Positions 57,647 through 64,000 of a stretch of 64,000 nucleotides of DNA are shown piece by piece. The translations under genes and the position numbers were made by a program. The notes beneath the pieces are model-generated. The model searched no databases and was not told the DNA's origin. It worked only from the letters and a program-made list of their open reading frames with translations. The stretch is from Eledone cirrhosa (Eukaryota), in contig OZ024760.1 in NCBI GenBank assembly GCA_964016885.1, positions 24,366,001 through 24,430,000 of the forward strand. Direction: 5' to 3'. The first letter of the stretch is position 1; each line of letters begins with the position of its first letter.

Positions 57647-58330
57647 CAAATAAAATACAGAGTTACCCTGTAATTAACAAGCTCAAAGTATAAATACTGA
57701 GCATTATATAATAATCCCGCCGAGGTTGACTTTGCCTTTCATCCTTACGGGGTCGATAAAATAAAGTACCAGTAATGCACTGGGTTATTGCTGGCCTTGT
57801 GCCTAAAGTAGAAACAATTATATTATAATATATGTAGAAATAAACACAGTAAATTGTGTGTCTAAAATTACGATGGTAGAAGTACCACATTGGCTTGATA
57901 AATTTAATCTGAAGCAAACGTAAGATATATAATAGATATATAATATATATATACAGACCGTCTCAAGAAATATTTCATCTCTCGGACAGATTAGAGATTT
58001 AATCTGTTTCGCCCTGAAAATTGTGTTTGTAACAGATAATCCGTAGGCTTTCCTCAGCGAGAGATAAGATGAAATGGAACAAAACACATGTAACTACAAT
58101 CCACACGAATGAATATCTCACCTTGTGCGTTGGACGTTGGAAGTGGTGTGAGTGGATATGCTAGAAATAATAGCCTTAGTACAGCCAACTTATAAGCTCA
58201 CCTAGTTAGGGAGCCAAAATACAAATAAAATACAGAGTTACTAACTTATATTGATACCCTGCAATTAACAAGCTCAAAATATAACATTTGAGCACATAAT
58301 TTTAGACACACAATTTACTGTGTTATTTCT

Positions 58331-58367
<37 letters not shown>

Positions 58368-58470
58368 GGGGACCGACTGAGGTAGAAGCTGCTAAATATT
58401 CGGTCGTCCTCTTGTCTCTGATTTTCAGCCCCATGAATTTTATCTGTTATATTACTTTGTTATATTTCGA

Positions 58471-58528
58471 ATACCTGATGATATCACCGGATTCATACTG
58501 AACCCGGTCATTGAAATAATCATAGTAT
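58471..58528 (+). ncRNA. Minimal hammerhead in a (TA)n-flanked element (58365-58575)
   Basis: ATAC-CTGATGA-TAT-CACCGG..CCGGTC-ATT-GAAAT-AATC-ATA-GTAT. Confidence 0.6.
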
Positions 58529-58568
58529 AATAAACCTTTCAAGGATTTACACCAGTCCACCCTCCTGT

Positions 58569-58606
<38 letters not shown>

Positions 58607-59288
58607 CAAGAAAGAAGAGTGACACGGTTTGCTATACAATAAGGGCTTTAATCACATTGATGACAATTGTTTCTCTGAACTGGTAGGTCTAGAGATCGCT
58701 ACCCGCCTATTTCTGCGTCAATCGATCACCAATACATAGTTATAACCAGTCAATTCACCAGAGCTTGCGAGAATGAAGGGAATATACAGGCATGGCTTCT
58801 ATATATAGTAGTGGCATTAAATCAGAACAATAATAACAATACTAACAATGCTAGCAATAAATTAGTTGAAATAATCACAACATCAATCTAAGCAAGACAT
58901 AGAGTATACTTATGACTTTAGCATGTAAAACGAGCTGAAATGAGGCAGATGCATGAAATTGACATGTAAAAGCTGTCATGAGGTGTATTATATATAGTGT
59001 AGAGATAAGCCGGGGCTTGAAACAATGTACCATTTACTTTACTGTGGGTTTGCTGACCGTAAGTATTATTTATTATCTGACAGATAAAATATTTTCATTG
59101 TAGTGAGGATAGTAATTTTGATGTGGTGTAAAACGTATTCATTATTTAAGTGGTTTATATTAGATGAAAGGATTCTTAGTTCGAATCATGGGGTTGTTTA
59201 GCTTTCATATCATCAATAACATGCATGTATAAGATAACACCAACAGAGTAGCAATATAATAGGTAAGTTAATACAGAGGTTAAGGAAG

Positions 59289-59353
<65 letters not shown>

Positions 59354-59357
<4 letters not shown>

Positions 59358-59760
59358 ATATTAAATAAATGGAAACTATATTTATAAAACCATATTTATT
59401 TCATTATATATATTTCGGGGATATCATATTAACAATATGCTATGCCTTCCTCAGACAAAATACAATATAAACAGTTTTATAGATAAATAGATTCGACATA
59501 CCGTTATAACACCGACTTCCATTTGAAGAGGTTTAAGCTGGCAGCTTAAACCTCTTGAAGAGGTTTAAGCTGCCAGCTTAAACCTCTTCAAATGGAAGTC
59601 GGTGTTATAACGGTATGTCGAATCTATTTATCTATAAAACTGTTTATATTGTATTTTGTCTGAGGAAGGCATAGCATATTGTTAATATGATATCCCCGAA
59701 ATATATATAATGAAATAAATATGGTTTTATAAATATAGTTTCCATTTATTTAATATTGTA
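59354..59760. repeat. Perfect palindrome (203-bp arms) with a nested double hairpin at its centre
   Basis: Centre at 59557. The right arm contains HHR 59653-59716 (ATTTTGT-CTGAGGA..GAAAT-ATAT-ATA-ATGAAAT). The element continues to ~59850. Confidence 0.92.
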
Positions 59761-59848
59761 AATATACTCCAAATATTTGTCGAGTGCTTTTATATCAGTT
59801 ATAAATATTTACTAGTTGTAACCCAACAATTTTAAATATAACTTTCCA

Positions 59849-59910
<62 letters not shown>

Positions 59911-60114
59911 TGTGTGTATTTCGATGGTGATTAAAAAACCAGTATCTCTTCTCCTCTCCCAACTCTATATAAAAGTCTAAAGTAAGCTATGGTATGATCT
60001 ATCAGATCTGTTATATCATTATTTTCGCTGAGTCATATAAACCATTTCCTTGTTGCTGAGTAAGAACACGAAATAGGAAGATTTTTTCTCCCTTAGAATT
60101 TTCCATGATACTGA

Positions 60115-61698
60115 CCGTGTGTATGTGCGTGTGCATGTATGTGTTTGTGTGTTTGTGTATGTGAATTTGTGTGCGTATATGTGTGTGTTTATGAGTCTAT
60201 GTTTGTGACTGCGAGTGCTTAGGTTTTGTGTGTGTGTGTGCGTTTGTGTGTGTTTGTGTGTGCGTGTTTGTGTGTGTGTTCATGTGCTTGTTGTGTATGT
60301 GTGTCTGTGTGTGCGTGTTTGTGTGTGTGTGTGTGCGCGCGAATGTTTGTGTGTTGGTGTGTGTATGTGTGTTTGTGTGTTTGTGTGTTTCTGTGTGTTT
60401 GTGTGTTTGTGTGTTTGTGTGTTTCTGTGTGTTTGTGTGTTTGTGTGCGCGTGTTTGTGTGTGTGTTCATGTGATTGTGTATGTGTGTTCGTGTGCGCGT
60501 GTTTGTGTGTGTGTGTATGCGCGCGAATGTTTATGTGTTGGTGTGTGTATGTGTGTTTGTGTGTTTGTGTGTTTCTGTGTGTTTGTGTGTTTGTGTGCGC
60601 GTGTTTGTGTGTGTGTTCATGTGCTTGTGTATGTGTGTCTGTGTGTGCGTGTTTGTGTGTGTGTGCGCGCGCGCGAATGTTTGTGTGTCGGTGTGTGTAT
60701 GTGTGTTTGTGTGTTTGTGTGTGTTTGTGTGTGTGTTCATGTGCTTGTGTATGTGTGTCTGTGTGTGCGTGTTTGTGTGGGTGTGCGCGTGAATGTTTGT
60801 GTGTGTTGGAGTGTATATGTGTGTTTGTGTGTTTGGGTGTGTGTGTGTATGTGTTTTTGTGTGCGCGTGTTTGTGAGTGTGTGTGCATGTATGTGTGTGT
60901 GTGTGTGTTTGTGTATGTGAATTTGTGTGCGTATGTGTGTGTTTATGAGTCTATGTTTGTGACTGCGAGTGCTTAGGTTTTTTGTGTGTGTCTGTGTGTA
61001 TGTGTGTTTGTGTGTGCGTGTGTGTGTGTGTGCGCGCGAGAATGTTTGTGTGTGTGTGTGTATGTGTGTTTGTGTGTGTGTGTTTATGTGTGTTTGTGTG
61101 TGCGTGGTTGTGTGTGTGTTCATGTGTTTGTGTATGTGTTTGTGTGTGTGTGTGCATGTATGTGTTGGTGTGTGTGTTTGTGTATGTGAATTTGTGTGCG
61201 TATGTGTGTGTTTATGAGTCTATGTGTGTGACTGCGAGTGCTTAGGTTTTTTTGTGTGTGTGTATGTGTGTGTGTGTATGTGTGTTTTTGTGCGTGTTTG
61301 TGTGTGTCTTATGTGCTTGTGTATATGTGTTTGTTTGTGCGTGTTTGTGTGTGCGCGCGAATGTTTGTTTGTGTGTGTATGTGTGTATGTATGTATGTGT
61401 CTGTGTGTGTGAGCCCTTATGTTTATTTTTGTGTGTGTGGTTTTGTTTGGTTGTTTTGTATGTTTTTTTGTGTGTGTGTTTGGGCGTATGTGTGTGTATG
61501 TCTCTGTGTGTGTCTCTGTGGGTGAATGCTTATGTTTCTCTGTGAGTGTGTGTGTTTGTGTGTCTATGTCTGTCTGTGAGTGTGTGAGTGTTTATGTATT
61601 TTGTGTTTGTTTGTTTGTTGTGTGTGTTTGTGTGTGTGTTTGTTTCTGTGTGTATGTGTGTGTGTTTGTGTGTGTTTGTGTGTATGTATGTATGTATG
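60115..61698. repeat. GT-rich satellite with higher-order structure
   Basis: The anchor TTTATGAGTCTATGT.TGTGACTGCGAGTGCTTAGGTTT recurs at ~60188, 60942 and 61211. Confidence 0.9.
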
Positions 61699-61881
61699 AT
61701 GTCGCGAGATCTATTTACCAGTGAAAATATCATTTCTACCTCAGGAATTTTTTTCAAAGTAAAAATCTATTTTATTTTGTTTTTTAAGAATTTTTATTCT
61801 CATTCTCACTTTTTTTCGGCCATGTTGTAACTTCCGGAACATCTCCTGAGTAGGTCGTCATGTGTGAAATACCTGGCTGAC

Positions 61882-62180
61882 AGAAGAAGAAGAAGAAGAA
61901 GAAGAAGAAGAAGAAGAAGAAATAGAAGAAGAAGAAGAAGAAGAAGAAGAAGAAGAAGAAGAAGAAGAAGAAGAAGGAAGAAGAAGAACGAAGAAGAAGC
62001 TAAATAAAAATAAAAATTGTTTCTACTTTTGGCACAAGGCCAGCAATTATCCAGTACATTACTGGTACTTTATTTTATCGACCCAGTAAGGATGAAAGGC
62101 AAAGTAAAGAAAAATAATAAGATGACAAAGAAGAAGAAGAAGAAGAAGAAGAAGAAGAAGAAGAAGAAGAAGAAGAAGGC

Positions 62181-62243
<63 letters not shown>

Positions 62244-62302
62244 GAAGAAGAAGAAGTACGAAACAGATAAAGAAAAAAACAACAACAACAACAACAACGA
62301 CA
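61882..62302. repeat. (GAA)n/(AAT)n tracts with a SINE A 3' fragment (62015-62105, minus)
   Basis: Composition and SINE core. Confidence 0.85.
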
Positions 62303-62704
62303 AATAATATTGTTCAGAAAGTATTTTTTTTTTAAATTACCCAAAACGGGAAAATTCCAAGAAGAAATCTTTGCCTCTATGAACACAGCCCTAACAAAAA
62401 ATGTCGATCTTCTAAGCATGAAATCAAATAATGTTAATTTTTGGGGGCAATCATTTGTAAAGTGTAAACATTTCCTTGTTTTCAAAGACGTGTGTTAGTT
62501 TTTTTTCTTATTATTTTACTAGTTTCATTCATTAGCCTGCAGCTACCGATGGATTTAGTCAATCTCATCGACACTAGAACTAACTAGAACTAACATTATC
62601 CACCTGTTGAACACCCATGTTGCGGGACATAAAAAAACAGTAAACATTAGTTCAGAAACGGAAACATACACCCCACCCCATCTCTCTCTCTCTTCCACAC
62701 ACAC

Positions 62705-62783
<79 letters not shown>

Positions 62784-62787
62784 TAAT

Positions 62788-63160
62788 AAAAGGAATTCCA
62801 ACTTTGTCTGATTTACTCGTTTTATTTACAATCCTTTAATATTTATAATGGTATTAGAATGAAATAGTATGGTAGAATATTAAATGTTAAGTGTTAATTG
62901 AACAAGTACTTTCATGCTTTCGCAATCTTCAGGTTCTTAATGTGTGGTGACAGTCAAGTTTGCAATTTTCAACTGTTGAAAATTGCAAACTTGACTGTTA
63001 CCACACATTAAGAACCTGAAGATTGCGAAAGCATGAAAGTACTTGTTCAATTAACACTTAACATTTAATATTCTACCATACTATTTCATTCTAATACCAT
63101 TATAAATTTTAAAGGATTGTAAATAAAACGAGTAAATCAGACAAAGTTGGAATTCCTTTT
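62788..63160. repeat. Near-perfect palindrome (186-bp arms) carrying a minimal hammerhead
   Basis: Centre TTTTCAAC-T-GTTGAAAA at 62974. HHR at 63012-63048 reads GAAC-CTGAAGA-T-TGC-GAAA-GCA-T-GAAA-GTAC-TT-GTTC. Confidence 0.9.
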
Positions 63161-63524
63161 TACAATATAATCTTCTATACACAATCATACACACCCGTGT
63201 ATATTTATCTATCTATCGATCTATCTATCTATCTATCTATATATATGCAAATATATTTATCGAAGGTAATCGGTCCTATGCGATAGCTTCGTTTCAATAT
63301 TATATATATATATTTCGTTTTGGAATTTGTTTTGCAAGATTTCTTATCTGAAAGCGTGTGTTGAAATGGATGGTGTTATACTTTGCGAGGGTCATGCTGC
63401 CAATACAAACACACGCACTTTGACGATATACAAACAACCATCCGGTTATCCAACCAACCAACCTGACATTTGTAATAAATTGTAGTGAAAACCAACAGGT
63501 GCGTGTGTTTTTATTGGCAGCATT

Positions 63525-63564
<40 letters not shown>

Positions 63565-63595
63565 AGAACAAAAGATGCTTAAAAGAGTTCCATGT

Positions 63596-63664
63596 ATTTT
63601 ATTATGCGCATTTCAAAAACAAATATCATCATGCAATAATATTTGTGTTTTCATCAGATAAAAC
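63596..63664 (-). ncRNA. Minimal type I hammerhead
   Basis: Minus: GTTTTAT-CTGATGA-AAACACAAATAT..ATATTTGTTTTT-GAAAT-GCGC-ATA-ATAAAAT. Bracketed by a 23-bp inverted repeat at 63556-63744. Confidence 0.7.
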
Positions 63665-63827
63665 AGGAAGACATGATATGAAGGTTAAAAAACACTTGTG
63701 GATAGTGCAGTTTGAAATCAACATCTTTTGTTCTTATATATTATGTATACTCCAGTCCGACAAACTGTAGAGTGCTTCTTATCCGATATCTACCTTGCTT
63801 TATTGTACTACAATAAAACTCACCTCC

Positions 63828-63861
<34 letters not shown>

Positions 63862-63924
63862 TAAAAAAATAAATGGATTGGACAGACAACTCTTGGTAGA
63901 TTTATCTACATATATATATATATT

Positions 63925-64000
<76 letters not shown>

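Noticed and set aside
59520-59595. Endogenous parvovirus terminal repeat
   Set aside because: No Rep or capsid sequence nearby, and the arms belong to a dispersed HHR-bearing family.

Overview
AT-rich, microsatellite-saturated eukaryotic DNA. The SINE families and repeat landscape look like an octopus/cephalopod genome (inference, no search run). I found no confident host protein-coding gene, and almost all listed ORFs are translations of (TA)n, (CA)n, (TATG)n or (TAA)n. The real coding content is retrotransposon-derived: a stack of five R4/Dong-type elements in a (TAA)n tract (9.1-14.1 kb) plus 3' remnants of Tx1/L1, RTE and CRE-type elements and a further RLE-type element. tRNA-derived SINEs, two MITEs and a tRNA-Gly pseudogene are also present. 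The main unannotated structure is non-coding. More than 20 type I hammerhead ribozyme (HHR) motifs can be read by eye, nearly all in short elements next to or embedded in (TA)n. They include a 4.25-kb array of 557-bp HHR monomers with a central inversion (retrozyme/circular-RNA-like), a second 1.5-mer of the same family ending at the same nucleotide, and several Penelope-like families forming fold-back palindromes centred on or near the ribozyme. All folds were deduced manually and no activity is shown.
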